A stretch of DNA of 61,585 nucleotides from Candidatus Thorarchaeota archaeon (GCA_020348985.1 CP070761.1:2009492-2071076), one strand, 5' to 3'. Positions 1-10,086 are shown, counted from the stretch's first letter. A program made the numbers and translations. Notes: a model not told the origin generated them from the sequence alone.

Positions 1-184
1 ATACTGCAAAACTCATCAGAGTTGCGACTCCTCCCGCAGCAATGAAGCCACTCATCGGAAGTAGAGCAAGAACTGCGTAGACTGCGGCAAGCACAATCCC
101 TACAACTAGCCGAATAGTAGATGGTGAGCCGCCGAACAACACCATTTCAGTATCGTCTTCATTGACTACAGTGGATTCGTCCAT
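1..184 (-). CDS. Membrane protein, 5' part only (runs off window edge); ECF S-component-like N-terminus possible
   Basis: Manual translation from ATG at 184: MDESTVVNEDDTEMVLFGGSPSTIRLVVGIVLAAVYAVLALLPMSGFIAAGGVATLMSFAV, open to the edge; hydrophobic helix. Confidence 0.6.
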   Translation of the reverse strand, partial: MDESTVVNEDDTEMVLFGGSPSTIRLVVGIVLAAVYAVLALLPMSGFIAAGGVATLMSFAV

Positions 185-243
185 ACTTGGTCTCAACCAA
201 TGGGTTGGTCGAAAGCGTTTGCTTTATGATTGTTGCCCTGGGT

Positions 244-1230
244 CTACATTGGATAGAAATCCCAATAGTGGGTAAACTTCCATCCCCGACCTACCCTCTT
301 GATGTCCTTCTCAAGATCGATGAACTTTGTCCCTTCGAATGGGTAGAATCGCATGTTATCATCGTCATCACAGACCATGAGGTCGGGTCGTCCGCCCTCA
401 CGCCAGAAGCCTGGGAGGTAATGCCAGTCGTCCTTGAAACCCCTTCCAGTGACCGGATAGGGAGGGTTGGCAAACACATTGCTGTCCCTGTTGGGATCAA
501 GTCGGCCAAATTGGTAGAGCATCAGATCCTTGTTCTTTTTGCGCACCATCAGATCAGTTGTTCCATTGCGCGTCCACTCTTCTGCCATGTAGTGTGTGAA
601 GTCTTTCCCGAATCCCCGTCCCACACGTTCAGGCCGACCCTGATCTCTGAAAGTGTGTCCATTAAATGGATAAAGATGGAGCTCTCCATTCTCCCTGCGC
701 ACCATCAAATCGGGGAAGTTCTGTCCACGCCAATATCCCGGCAACAAGTCAGGGTACTTCTCCTTGTCGAATCCATCACCTATGAACTTTGAGCGCCCCA
801 AGTCATCAAATTCACGTCCGTTCCATGGATAGAGTCTCAACTTGCCCTCATCATCTCTGACGATGAGGTCTGATGTTCCATTGTCAGTCCATTCGGCAAC
901 GTAATAATCCCATTCGGGAAGGAAACCTCTACCTACTCTGCGACCAGTGTCATCGACGAAGAATGTCTCATCTCGAAACGGGTAGTATCGCAGGTCCCCG
1001 TCCTCCTCAAGAACCACCAACCCAGAACCGCCGCCAATCCTCTTTCGAAATCTGGATGGATGGCCGGGGTCCCAGTAGCCAGGGAGATACACTTCGAATT
1101 CCCAGTTGTCACCGACCTTGATACCCGTTTCCACATCATCGGGAGGATAGAAAGTAACGTTGCTCCCGACCTGGAAAAGCGGATACCATCTGAGGTCACC
1201 ATTGTCTTTCCTAACAACAAATCCAGGCAT
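244..1230 (-). CDS. Repeat beta-propeller protein (FG-GAP/tachylectin-like), six repeats
   Basis: Six repeats of about 50 aa with consensus (D)LxVRxxxGxLxxYPF..G..F....vGrGf; no signal peptide. Confidence 0.7.
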   Translation of the reverse strand: MPGFVVRKDNGDLRWYPLFQVGSNVTFYPPDDVETGIKVGDNWEFEVYLPGYWDPGHPSRFRKRIGGGSGLVVLEEDGDLRYYPFRDETFFVDDTGRRVGRGFLPEWDYYVAEWTDNGTSDLIVRDDEGKLRLYPWNGREFDDLGRSKFIGDGFDKEKYPDLLPGYWRGQNFPDLMVRRENGELHLYPFNGHTFRDQGRPERVGRGFGKDFTHYMAEEWTRNGTTDLMVRKKNKDLMLYQFGRLDPNRDSNVFANPPYPVTGRGFKDDWHYLPGFWREGGRPDLMVCDDDDNMRFYPFEGTKFIDLEKDIKRVGRGWKFTHYWDFYPM

Positions 1231-1378
1231 CGTTCAATCGCCATTCCTTCGATGGCGTACTATTCACTTCCGCAGTTTTATTGTTTTGTCTGCTGAAGCG
1301 AACTGTGTTCTCACATGGGACAACAACTCTTTTAGGCCGCATCTCATCGTGCGGCCACGACGAGTGGAGGCCCTCCCG

Positions 1379-2695
1379 ATGAGTCAAGAGGAGTCGTTCG
1401 ATGTTGTTATTGTAGGTGCTGGTGTCCTCGGCGTAGCCACAGCATACTATATTCAGAAGAACAGTCCTGAAAAAACGGTTCTAATTGTTGACAGATACCT
1501 CGCTGCGGGTCAGGCAAACACTGCAATGAGTGCGGCCGCAGTCCGGAACATGTTCGCTTCCTCCACGAATCAACTACTTACAGATACCTCCATCAAATAT
1601 TTCGAGCATGTCCAAAACGAGATAGGATATGACTTGCTTTTCGAAAAGTGTGGATACCTCTGGCTTTTGAGTGACATCCAGTTCAACAATGACAGTGTGA
1701 AAACCTGGATGGAAAGGATGGAAAGATCAGGAATCAGCTATCACGTCTACAACAAGCAAGAACTGAAAGAGATGATCCCGGGGTTGAATGTGGATTTTGA
1801 GGGTGACGAAGAAGCAGAGTTGATGAATCTTCAAGAGGTCTCGTGGGGTCTGTTTGGAGCAGACTGCGGCGTCCTCGATCCGACCCGTCTTGTTGAGTAC
1901 TACCTCGAGGAATTCAAGAAGATTTGCCATGAGAAACCAAGGTTCGGAGTAGACGTTCAGGAACTGCTCCTAGAAGCTGACCCGAAATTGGATCTGCCTG
2001 GAGAACCATATGTGTGGCAGAAAAAGAAAGTCACAGGCGTCAAAGCAAACAAGGGTATACTAAAGGCTGAGACCGTCGTCTTGGCAACAGGTGCTTGGGC
2101 AAATGAGCTTCTCGACCCAATAGGTATAGATAGTCAGACTAAGGCCAAGAAACGGCAGTTGTTCGTTGTGCATGCCGAGCATAAGGAGGATTTGAAATCG
2201 GTTCTCTTTTCGAATGGTTTCAACAAGTATGGTTGTATTCCATTCACAATTCTTCCCTCAGCAGGAGTCTATTTCCGTCCACAACTCCAGGAGCTAGGGT
2301 TCTGGATTGGATGTGGAGACAAGGAAGGCCGCGCATACAAGTATGTCCAAAGCGATGAGGATCTGGTTCCAGAGGGTATATACTACGAGAATAGTATCTA
2401 TCCAGTACTCTCCAAGTACTTCCCTGCATTTGAAGACACTCGGCCAACTAACAGCTGGGCAGGAGGCTACTGCTATAGTCCAGACCGTATTCCGTTCGTC
2501 TACAAAAAGTGCGGGGTCTTGGTTGTGAATGGTGCGAGTGGGTCCGGAATAATGAAAGCGGATGCACTGGCAAGAATCGCCGATGCTTTGTTGAGAGGGG
2601 AAGAGGTAACCGAGCTGTTCGGAGGAAAACACATCTCCTCAACGGCACTTGGCCAAACAGATAGAGATATCGAAGTGGAGAGCGTGGTCATATAG
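1379..2695 (+). CDS. FAD-dependent oxidoreductase, DAO/sarcosine oxidase beta/proline dehydrogenase family
   Basis: DVVIVGAGVLG Rossmann motif, VVLATGAW, WAGGY..SPDRIP, GASGSGIM; start moved to MSQEE (GGAGG upstream). Confidence 0.88.
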   Translation: MSQEESFDVVIVGAGVLGVATAYYIQKNSPEKTVLIVDRYLAAGQANTAMSAAAVRNMFASSTNQLLTDTSIKYFEHVQNEIGYDLLFEKCGYLWLLSDIQFNNDSVKTWMERMERSGISYHVYNKQELKEMIPGLNVDFEGDEEAELMNLQEVSWGLFGADCGVLDPTRLVEYYLEEFKKICHEKPRFGVDVQELLLEADPKLDLPGEPYVWQKKKVTGVKANKGILKAETVVLATGAWANELLDPIGIDSQTKAKKRQLFVVHAEHKEDLKSVLFSNGFNKYGCIPFTILPSAGVYFRPQLQELGFWIGCGDKEGRAYKYVQSDEDLVPEGIYYENSIYPVLSKYFPAFEDTRPTNSWAGGYCYSPDRIPFVYKKCGVLVVNGASGSGIMKADALARIADALLRGEEVTELFGGKHISSTALGQTDRDIEVESVVI

Positions 2696-2770
2696 TCTGC
2701 ACATTCGGCCGTCAATGTGTTAGTCACACTGATATACGGTTGTTCAGAATTTCAGGTGAGGTGAAAAGCG

Positions 2771-3727
2771 GTGAGCAGTGAAAACGCCAACATTTGGACA
2801 ATGACAATCACAGCATTGGATAGCGGAATCGAATACGAGAGCTTGAACGAAGCGCCAGATGAGCCACTGCTCGTCGAGATGGTGGGAATACAGCCTGAGC
2901 ACTTCCCTGTGCTCTCTCGCAGATTTGGCATCGACCTTGAGGATTTGGAGGACCTCACGGACCTCGATGAACGTCCCAGGGTGCAAATCGAAGACGACTT
3001 CGCAATGATAGTTGTCCGAGTTCCTGTCGACTTAGAGAAGAAGGAGAGGGAGTACTCTACCTATCCTGTTGGTCTCTTTACAGACGGCGATTCGCTTTTG
3101 ATAATGAAGCACGCGCAGGTTCCGATTAGAAGGAAGGGACTTCACAAAAAGGCCCAGAAACTAATGACCCCACCCGAGATAATCTATAACCTTTGGGAAG
3201 TAGTAATCCATTCATTTGAAACGATGCTTGATGTGATTGAGGATACAATAAAGAAGACCGAAGATACATTACAGGCGGAACTGTATCCTTCAGGCATGAA
3301 CAGATTTTACACTCTTTCTTCTGATGCTGTGTATTTGGAAGCTGCATTGAAATCAAACATGCGGGTCCTACGACGCCTGGTTCGAAAGCCAAAACTGGGA
3401 AACATCGAACTCGATTGTGAAAGGCTGGAAGAGCTTGTGGTAGACCTTCAACAACAAATGGAACTCGGAAGAATCTACAGAGAGCTAATCGCCAATGCAA
3501 TGGATGCCTATGATACAATCGTTGGTCATAATTTGAATAGAGTGATCAAGACGTTGACTTCCATTTCGCTCCTAGTAAGCGTCCCCACACTGATTGCTTC
3601 TCTCTTTGGGATGAACGTTATTCTCCCAGGTGTCAACGAGCCATCAACGTTCCTTCTCATTCTTCTCTTGAGTTTGTTGATCACAACTCCGCTTCTAATG
3701 TTCTTGAGAAGGAAAGGTCTCGTATAG
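2771..3727 (+). CDS. corA: CorA-family Mg2+/Co2+ transporter
   Basis: DERPR, LNRVIKTLT, PTLIASLFGMN signature and two C-terminal TM helices. Confidence 0.93.
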   Translation: MSSENANIWTMTITALDSGIEYESLNEAPDEPLLVEMVGIQPEHFPVLSRRFGIDLEDLEDLTDLDERPRVQIEDDFAMIVVRVPVDLEKKEREYSTYPVGLFTDGDSLLIMKHAQVPIRRKGLHKKAQKLMTPPEIIYNLWEVVIHSFETMLDVIEDTIKKTEDTLQAELYPSGMNRFYTLSSDAVYLEAALKSNMRVLRRLVRKPKLGNIELDCERLEELVVDLQQQMELGRIYRELIANAMDAYDTIVGHNLNRVIKTLTSISLLVSVPTLIASLFGMNVILPGVNEPSTFLLILLLSLLITTPLLMFLRRKGLV

Positions 3728-3781
3728 GGTTTCCAACAAGTACTCGCTCACTTTATTTGTCAGCGTGCCCACCGGTGAATC

Positions 3782-4747
3782 ATGAAAGTAGGAGTGCTCA
3801 CCAGCGGCGGCGATAGCCCCGGAATGAATGCGTGCCTAAGGGCCATTGTCAGAGTGGGAATCAGCCGAGGTCTCAGCATCTTTGGAATGCATGGTGGACT
3901 CCAAGGATTGCTTGACCGTTCCATATTTGAGCTGACTGCCAGAGACGTATCGAACATTGTCCATCGGGGAGGAACATTCCTGACAACCGGCCGATCCGCT
4001 GAGTTCAGAACCGAGGAAGGGCAGAAGAAGGCTGCACGGATTCTTACTGATGAAGAGTTTGACGGGCTTTTGGCGCTCGGTGGCAATGGTACGATGCAAG
4101 CAATGACAAAGCTATGCAAGCTTTGGGACGGATTGATAATTGGGCTTCCGGGCACGATCGACAACGATATTCAAGGAACTGACTACACAATAGGATTTGA
4201 CACTGCAGTCAACAATGCCGTGAACGCGATCGACAAGATTCGAGACACAGCTCAGGCTTTCGACAGAACCTTCCTCATAGAGGTAATGGGGAGAGATTCG
4301 GGACATATTGCCGTCCATGTGGGAATATCTTGCGGAGCAGAAGCAATCGCTGTGCCTGAGACTCCAACTGACCTGAACGAGATTGCGACTATTATCAAGG
4401 AGGGCAGGGCGAGAGGCAAAACCTTTGCGTTCATAATTGTCGCTGAAGGCGATGAGGAAGGAGACGCCCGCACGATAGCCAAGAAGCTATCCGATGCAAC
4501 TGGAGAGAATTGTCGAGTGTCCGTTTTGGGATACATCCAGAGAGGAGGGAACCCCACGCAATTCGATAGAATACTTGGAACCAAGCTTGGGGCATATGCT
4601 GTTGAATGCCTTAAGAAAGGGATCTCAGGAGTCATGGTGGGCGAAATGGGAGGGGAGCTTGTCCTCACGCAATTTGAGGACACATGGAGTAGTCAAAAGG
4701 GACTCGATCTCTGGCTCCTTGGACTAGTTGATGAGCTGTCTATCTGA
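3782..4747 (+). CDS. pfkA: ATP-dependent 6-phosphofructokinase (PfkA family)
   Basis: LTSGGDSPGMN, GGNGT, PGTIDND, EVMGR, LGYIQRGG motifs. Confidence 0.95.
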   Translation: MKVGVLTSGGDSPGMNACLRAIVRVGISRGLSIFGMHGGLQGLLDRSIFELTARDVSNIVHRGGTFLTTGRSAEFRTEEGQKKAARILTDEEFDGLLALGGNGTMQAMTKLCKLWDGLIIGLPGTIDNDIQGTDYTIGFDTAVNNAVNAIDKIRDTAQAFDRTFLIEVMGRDSGHIAVHVGISCGAEAIAVPETPTDLNEIATIIKEGRARGKTFAFIIVAEGDEEGDARTIAKKLSDATGENCRVSVLGYIQRGGNPTQFDRILGTKLGAYAVECLKKGISGVMVGEMGGELVLTQFEDTWSSQKGLDLWLLGLVDELSI

Positions 4748-4756
4748 GAGACTCAC

Positions 4757-7081
4757 CTATGCGCTTCCCACTTCAGATCCATTGCGTCGCCTTGTGTAAA
4801 GAATGATTATCACGACTACGCCACCGGCAGCTGTAGCTAGTGCAACACCAAGCTCAAGGGGGAATCCAAGCGGAAGGGTTGTTGTCGTTGTGGTCGTTGT
4901 TGTAGTGGTTGACGTTGTTGTCGATGGTGTTGTAGTTGTTGTTGTCAGAGGAACTGTCGGCCACAGATTCTCAACTTCCTCAGGGGTCGGAATGTCTGGG
5001 AAGATGTTAATCGTCATTGGCGACTCTTGTTGCTCTTGAGATATGAGTAGAAGACGTGTGCCATTTGCCTGAACGTCAAGGGGAACTTCGAGAGTAGTCC
5101 CACTCGTGGCATATGATCCAAGAGTTTCATTCGTATCGATTGAATGGACATAGTAACTTCCTGTAGGCAAGCCGAATCGACCAATGTCTAGAGTGTAATT
5201 CAGAGACCGAGGCTCGTTGTAGAAGTTGGAGATACCAGCCAGAATCACTCCAGGCTCAATCTCTGCTTGTGTTACCAACATCTTCTCATATCCTTGCTGA
5301 GCTACTGGTGTCGTGAGGTTCAATCTGTTCTCTAGAAAAGCTCTCGTTACATTCCTGTGCAGGAATCGGGTCTGATTGTGTTCCGGCAAGAATGTATCAA
5401 CCACATCATTGAACATTGGATTGTGGTTCGTTCTAGAGGACCTCGGACCCCAATACAGTGTCCATCCTTCATCCGGATTTGATGAGTTTCTGTACATGAC
5501 AAGAGGATGGTAGTCTAGTTTTGTAAGACTGGAATCCTCCTCAACATGGTAGAAATCACCTATTGGTGTGTGGTCATGTGTAAGAGTATCGTTCCTCAAG
5601 TAGTGGATACTTGACTCTAGGCTATCATATTCGATTGAGAGATTCAGCATATTTGGTCTAGTCTCATTAAAGTAGAGATGACCGCCAATCTGCTCTTGAA
5701 TCACGCCCGTCTCCATGAGAAACTTCACCGACCTTGTTGCATTGGCATAGACATTCTTCTGTTCCCAGCCGAAACCTCCCAAGAGAACAAGATTCCCTCC
5801 AGACGCCACATAGTCATTCAGCTTCTGAACCACTTCTTCGTAGTAGGCTTCCTCGTTGGCGATTATGACTTCATACTGTGACAGGTTAACATACAGGTTC
5901 ATCAGGTTCACTTGACTAAGCACGTCGTATTCGTTGAACAGACCATACTCTGATGCGAATCCAGTTTGGTAGGATATGAGATAGTCACGCAAGACAAGAA
6001 TCTGCGACTTCGGCTTGAAGACTGGCATCTTCTCAAGCTCTGCATTCAATCGATTCATGTATAGAAACTGCTGCTTTCCTAGGACGTCTTCACGTCCCCA
6101 GTTCCACCCGTGCAAATAGTGCCACGTGAACCAGGTCAACGTGTCCACTCCCGAGAGATACGTCAGCCATGCGTTCCTTCGAAGATGCTCAAAACCCCCA
6201 TTCCATCCTTCGTTCTCTGGCCATGTTTCCTGACCCCAAGTTGTGAAGTGGTAGTCCTTTTCAGGGAAGGCGGTTTTGTAGGCCCGGATCCATTCGTACA
6301 TCCAGAATGGATTATCATATGCCATATAGTAGAACAGATTGTCTATGTACGCATCCGCCTTCAACTGACTGATGTCCATGCCTCCCGTCCAGACTGGGGG
6401 AGCTCCGGGATGCATGAAGAATGCTTGAAAAACCAAGACATCTGGCCACTTGGCCTTAAGATAGTCATAGATGTGGTTGAAGAGCCAGATCGTCTTTTCT
6501 CTCTGCCATTCCCAGAGCACAAACTCCTCGGTCTTGTTAATCGGTGTTTCCCACCTTAGCCAGAAGCCAGTCTCCGAGTTATATGTCGTGTTCAGCTTCT
6601 CGTACTTGTCTTGTTTGCTAAAAAAGGCAAGAGAACCTGCGGGTTCCTCGCTTGAGAGTGTCAGTGCCCAAATCCACTCAGGCTCAACGAAACTAAGATA
6701 CCAATCAATCTCATCGTCTAGAAGCTCAAGAAGTGTGAGGTTGTAGCAGAAATCTATCGCGGTCGTATTCCAGGCGATTTCTCCATTGAAAAAGGGGGCC
6801 CACCAATCGAGCTTCATGTTGACTCTAACGCCGCTTTCTGCAAGGTCTCTGATGACCTCGGCTTCCCATGGGTAGTGAAAGAAGTCAGGTGCTGCCGCAA
6901 AGTAGGTTGGGTTTGTTGGAAGAATACGAATCAGTGCGTTCTCCATTTCCAATGCTCCGCCAAACCCTGTCGGGATTGCACCGACTTGGGAGACCGGGGT
7001 CGCTGCTAGTAACAGCAGGGAGAGAAAGTAAGTTAGCCGCTTCTTCAATGGCAGAACCGCCCTCATTATGCGAATTGACAA
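4757..7081 (-). CDS. Secreted, C-terminally anchored protein; putative glycoside hydrolase (TIM barrel + GH42-trimerisation-like + beta-sandwich)
   Basis: Signal peptide; aromatic-rich domain with SEEP; QYEVII..KLNDYVASGGNLVLLG motif typical of the beta-galactosidase trimerisation domain; Thr linker; TM then RRR. Confidence 0.55.
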   Translation of the reverse strand: MSIRIMRAVLPLKKRLTYFLSLLLLAATPVSQVGAIPTGFGGALEMENALIRILPTNPTYFAAAPDFFHYPWEAEVIRDLAESGVRVNMKLDWWAPFFNGEIAWNTTAIDFCYNLTLLELLDDEIDWYLSFVEPEWIWALTLSSEEPAGSLAFFSKQDKYEKLNTTYNSETGFWLRWETPINKTEEFVLWEWQREKTIWLFNHIYDYLKAKWPDVLVFQAFFMHPGAPPVWTGGMDISQLKADAYIDNLFYYMAYDNPFWMYEWIRAYKTAFPEKDYHFTTWGQETWPENEGWNGGFEHLRRNAWLTYLSGVDTLTWFTWHYLHGWNWGREDVLGKQQFLYMNRLNAELEKMPVFKPKSQILVLRDYLISYQTGFASEYGLFNEYDVLSQVNLMNLYVNLSQYEVIIANEEAYYEEVVQKLNDYVASGGNLVLLGGFGWEQKNVYANATRSVKFLMETGVIQEQIGGHLYFNETRPNMLNLSIEYDSLESSIHYLRNDTLTHDHTPIGDFYHVEEDSSLTKLDYHPLVMYRNSSNPDEGWTLYWGPRSSRTNHNPMFNDVVDTFLPEHNQTRFLHRNVTRAFLENRLNLTTPVAQQGYEKMLVTQAEIEPGVILAGISNFYNEPRSLNYTLDIGRFGLPTGSYYVHSIDTNETLGSYATSGTTLEVPLDVQANGTRLLLISQEQQESPMTINIFPDIPTPEEVENLWPTVPLTTTTTTPSTTTSTTTTTTTTTTTLPLGFPLELGVALATAAGGVVVIIILYTRRRNGSEVGSA
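4878..4946 (-). repeat. Low-complexity ACN tract encoding a poly-Thr linker
   Basis: gttgttgtcgttgtggtc... translates as TTTTTTPSTTTSTTTTTTTTTTT. Confidence 0.85.
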
Positions 7082-7193
7082 CTTAAGTTTTGGTAGTTTT
7101 CTGAGCTGACATTGTTTACGAGTTTATCAATGCCCAGTTACACGTTATTGCATGAGGCGCACTGTGCAGACACGCTTGGTAGATTTCGATGAT

Positions 7194-7652
7194 ATGTCTC
7201 AGAAGAAAAAGAAGAAGACCCCTCAGAAGCCTCAGAAGATCAAGAAGAAGAAACCAAAGACACCAAGGAGTCAGCTGTGGAAGAAAACTATTCCCAAGGA
7301 AGAAGACTGGGCAGTCTGCAATTTCGATGGCACGGTCCTCTTTGTTCGCTTAGTGGCTGGGAGAATACATGTCCACGGAACAGAAGCAGTCTGCAAATGG
7401 TGCGAAAGTGTGTTAGAGATTCGCGAGGACAAGGTGTTTTGTGGAGGCCACTGTGGCAAGTACCAAGGTGAATTCTCCAGGGACTTGGATGCATATCTTC
7501 ACTGGGAGGGAGCGAAATCTTGGACTTTGCGAAGACAAGTGGCAGAAGCAGAAGGACTTCAGTTAGAGGAAAGAGACCTCGAACCCATGACGTACGCACC
7601 TAATTGGTCCATTCTCGAGGAGTTCGAAGCGGATGACGACGAAGATTCATAG
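7194..7652 (+). CDS. Hypothetical protein: Lys-rich N-terminus, putative Zn-binding core, acidic tail
   Basis: MSQKKKKKTPQKPQKIKKKKPK; CKWC and CGGHC; ends EADDDEDS; start could be 7152. Confidence 0.7.
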   Translation: MSQKKKKKTPQKPQKIKKKKPKTPRSQLWKKTIPKEEDWAVCNFDGTVLFVRLVAGRIHVHGTEAVCKWCESVLEIREDKVFCGGHCGKYQGEFSRDLDAYLHWEGAKSWTLRRQVAEAEGLQLEERDLEPMTYAPNWSILEEFEADDDEDS

Positions 7653-8906
7653 ATGAGACTCTACCACTTGCGTCGCACGTCTTACAACTGCTAGCCAGTA
7701 TCCTCCCGCAATCAACACAGGAGCAAAAAGAATGACCACTAAAGAGACGTTGAAGATATCATAGGAGTCCAATTGAGGACCACCCGTTATCACCGCCGGG
7801 ATGATGAACTGAGCCACAAGACTGTCATGAGGATATGGATCGTTCCTGCCCATGGTTGATGAAAATGCGACAACGAGATCGTGTTCAGGAACCACATAGA
7901 TATACTGCCCGTAAAGACCTGCGGCGCGATAAAGCCCAAGTGAAGGAATTGTCCACCATTGATACCCGTATCCTTGATGGTCCCAGAATAATGTGTGGCT
8001 GCTTATGGAGGTGTTGACCCACTCCGAAGAGACGATCTGCTGACCGTCCCAAGTTCCGTTGTTCAAGAATAGGTAGCCAAACTTCGCCATGTCTCTTGTT
8101 CTAATTGAGAGATCATATCCGCCTTTGTACCAACCCGCTGTATCATGATACCAGCGAACATTGTCTATGCCAAGCGGGCCAAAGAGATACTGCTCCGCAA
8201 AATCAAGCGTGGTCATTCCTGATGCCACCTGCACAATTGCCGCCAAAAGGTGAGACGCACCTGTGTTGTAGTGCCACAATTCTCCTGGTTCGGCAACCAT
8301 GTCCAGATTGAGAGAGTATTCAACACCATCTCCTGTGTTCAAGTGGTAAATACCATTGGCAGGTGAGTCGTATGGTGCCGTGGTTTCGTCCCAAAACATA
8401 CCTGACCTCATAGTGAGAAGATGCTCGATCGTAATCCTGTCTCGCCGTTCATCCATGTTTGTGATGTTGTAGTCTGGGAAAAAGGAGAGCAGAAGCTGGG
8501 ACACATTGTCCAGAAAGCCCTTGTCAAGAGCAATACCAATGAGAGCTGATGTGAAGCTTTTTGTGACCGAATACAGAAGATGTGTGCTGTTCTCGTGATA
8601 TATCGTGGAAAGCGGGAACTCCTCCAGCACTATTCGTCCATTACGCACAACTACCATGGACTTTATTGGAATAGTCTCGTTCTCAATGTAGTCCATCATT
8701 TCTTGGAGCTTGGCCGAGTCCATTCCTTGTTCCTCGGGAGTCGAGTTAAGCCACCCCTCTGTGGGCCAATAGTCACGTTCGACAGATTGTGCAAGCGCTC
8801 GATTCTCACCGACTGAGGTTCCGAATGAGACGGATGAAAGAAGGATGATAATAGCTATCCCAGTCAATGTTAGCATTCGATTGGATCTTCGTAGTCGTAG
8901 GCTCAT
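7647..8906 (-). CDS. Membrane-anchored serine hydrolase, beta-lactamase class C/NylB-like
   Basis: YSVTKSF (SxxK), HLLTMRSG, WHYNT, LFGPLGI, RDMAKFG, YGYQWW; signal peptide and C-terminal TM; start may be about 10 codons later. Confidence 0.9.
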   Translation of the reverse strand: MSLRLRRSNRMLTLTGIAIIILLSSVSFGTSVGENRALAQSVERDYWPTEGWLNSTPEEQGMDSAKLQEMMDYIENETIPIKSMVVVRNGRIVLEEFPLSTIYHENSTHLLYSVTKSFTSALIGIALDKGFLDNVSQLLLSFFPDYNITNMDERRDRITIEHLLTMRSGMFWDETTAPYDSPANGIYHLNTGDGVEYSLNLDMVAEPGELWHYNTGASHLLAAIVQVASGMTTLDFAEQYLFGPLGIDNVRWYHDTAGWYKGGYDLSIRTRDMAKFGYLFLNNGTWDGQQIVSSEWVNTSISSHTLFWDHQGYGYQWWTIPSLGLYRAAGLYGQYIYVVPEHDLVVAFSSTMGRNDPYPHDSLVAQFIIPAVITGGPQLDSYDIFNVSLVVILFAPVLIAGGYWLAVVRRATQVVESHL

Positions 8907-8910
8907 TACG

Positions 8911-9819
8911 TCACCACATCAGGATGATTAGTCCCAGCCAATAGGCAATAGCAACATAGGCCAGGAGCCAGTATTGAGATCTTCTCTGTTCTCTGAAGTG
9001 CGTTCTAGATAGAAGGAAACCAAGACAAAGGTAACCTGCGAAGATTCCGAGTGCCCAAGGCACAATCGCACCAATGATTGCTGGAACTGCCCCGGTCATT
9101 TGGCTTCCATCGAGAACAAACGTTCCGAATTGAAGAGTGCCTCCAAAGTAGCCTATCTTAAGCACCAGAGCAAGACAACCGAGAATCGCCCTTGTTGATA
9201 CAACCATACTTGTTGTTAGAAGGAACATCGAAGGTGCAAAGCTCTTCCGGATTGGCTTGATGAGTAGTGGAATGAGAAAGACAATCCCAACAATGAGAGT
9301 GTAGAGAACTAGTTCGGACCCAATCTCACTGAATAAGTCCGGATTGTCTCCGATAACAGATGTGAAGAGGATCCAGCTCCAGGGCTCGTGAAAGAGGTCA
9401 ATTCCTCCAAGAGGCAATGGGAAGCCACCGTACCATGGCAGAGTTCCAATCCAGCCGCCATGGAATGGAGTCTGAAGTATCACAATGCTGATGGTCCTTG
9501 CAAGTCCATTGCTGCCTTGTGTGATCGGAATGGCAACATCAGCCATAATGTAGTAGAAAGCACCTATCAGGTTGCTAGATAGGAAAACGATGATAGACAA
9601 ATACGCCAACTTCAGCTTCATAGATGGTCCGGCTCTGTCGCCCTGTTTGGGAACACCATCACTGAACGGATTGATCAGAAAGGAAACCAATCGTCCCAAA
9701 ATACCTCCGACAGCTTTTCTGTCAATAGCTATGATAATCACAATGAATGAGAAGACAATTACAGGTATCAGATACACAAGGAAGTCTGCAATTGCCACGG
9801 GTATCTCAAGAATCGTCAT
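8911..9819 (-). CDS. Polytopic membrane protein, unknown function
   Basis: About six hydrophobic segments; ends 4 nt before the hydrolase gene. Confidence 0.7.
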   Translation of the reverse strand: MTILEIPVAIADFLVYLIPVIVFSFIVIIIAIDRKAVGGILGRLVSFLINPFSDGVPKQGDRAGPSMKLKLAYLSIIVFLSSNLIGAFYYIMADVAIPITQGSNGLARTISIVILQTPFHGGWIGTLPWYGGFPLPLGGIDLFHEPWSWILFTSVIGDNPDLFSEIGSELVLYTLIVGIVFLIPLLIKPIRKSFAPSMFLLTTSMVVSTRAILGCLALVLKIGYFGGTLQFGTFVLDGSQMTGAVPAIIGAIVPWALGIFAGYLCLGFLLSRTHFREQRRSQYWLLAYVAIAYWLGLIILMW

Positions 9820-10086
9820 TTATCAGACCGCCTTACTCATTTTGGGAGAATGTGCAGAATGCATTAAAGCGCTTCTCACCCTGAGAGAAGGTTTTGGGCT
9901 ATCAGCGGGTCTATTCTGCCGAATAGATAACCAAAATGTTCGGAAATTGGCAGACCTTGCTGACTGAAATCGACAATCTTATGATGGAAGACAGCACATC
10001 GCTTGTTACTCGTGACTTTGTGTCGTTGACGAGGGTGGGATTCGTACTTCAATCACAGAGGATTCATTCAAGGGGAGTATAGGACT

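Noticed and set aside
187-792. 201-aa + strand ORF and the many other antisense or nested ORFs in the track
   Set aside because: They lie opposite or within well-supported genes and carry no motifs; treated as shadow ORFs
1160-1378. N-terminal extension of the FAD oxidoreductase
   Set aside because: Overlaps the divergent gene; the Rossmann motif and SD point to the ATG at 1379
4878-4946. Possible array or microsatellite
   Set aside because: Degenerate Thr codons inside a CDS
9820-10086. Short hairpins in a 267-nt divergent spacer
   Set aside because: Stems of only 6-7 bp, compatible with chance or ordinary promoter sequence
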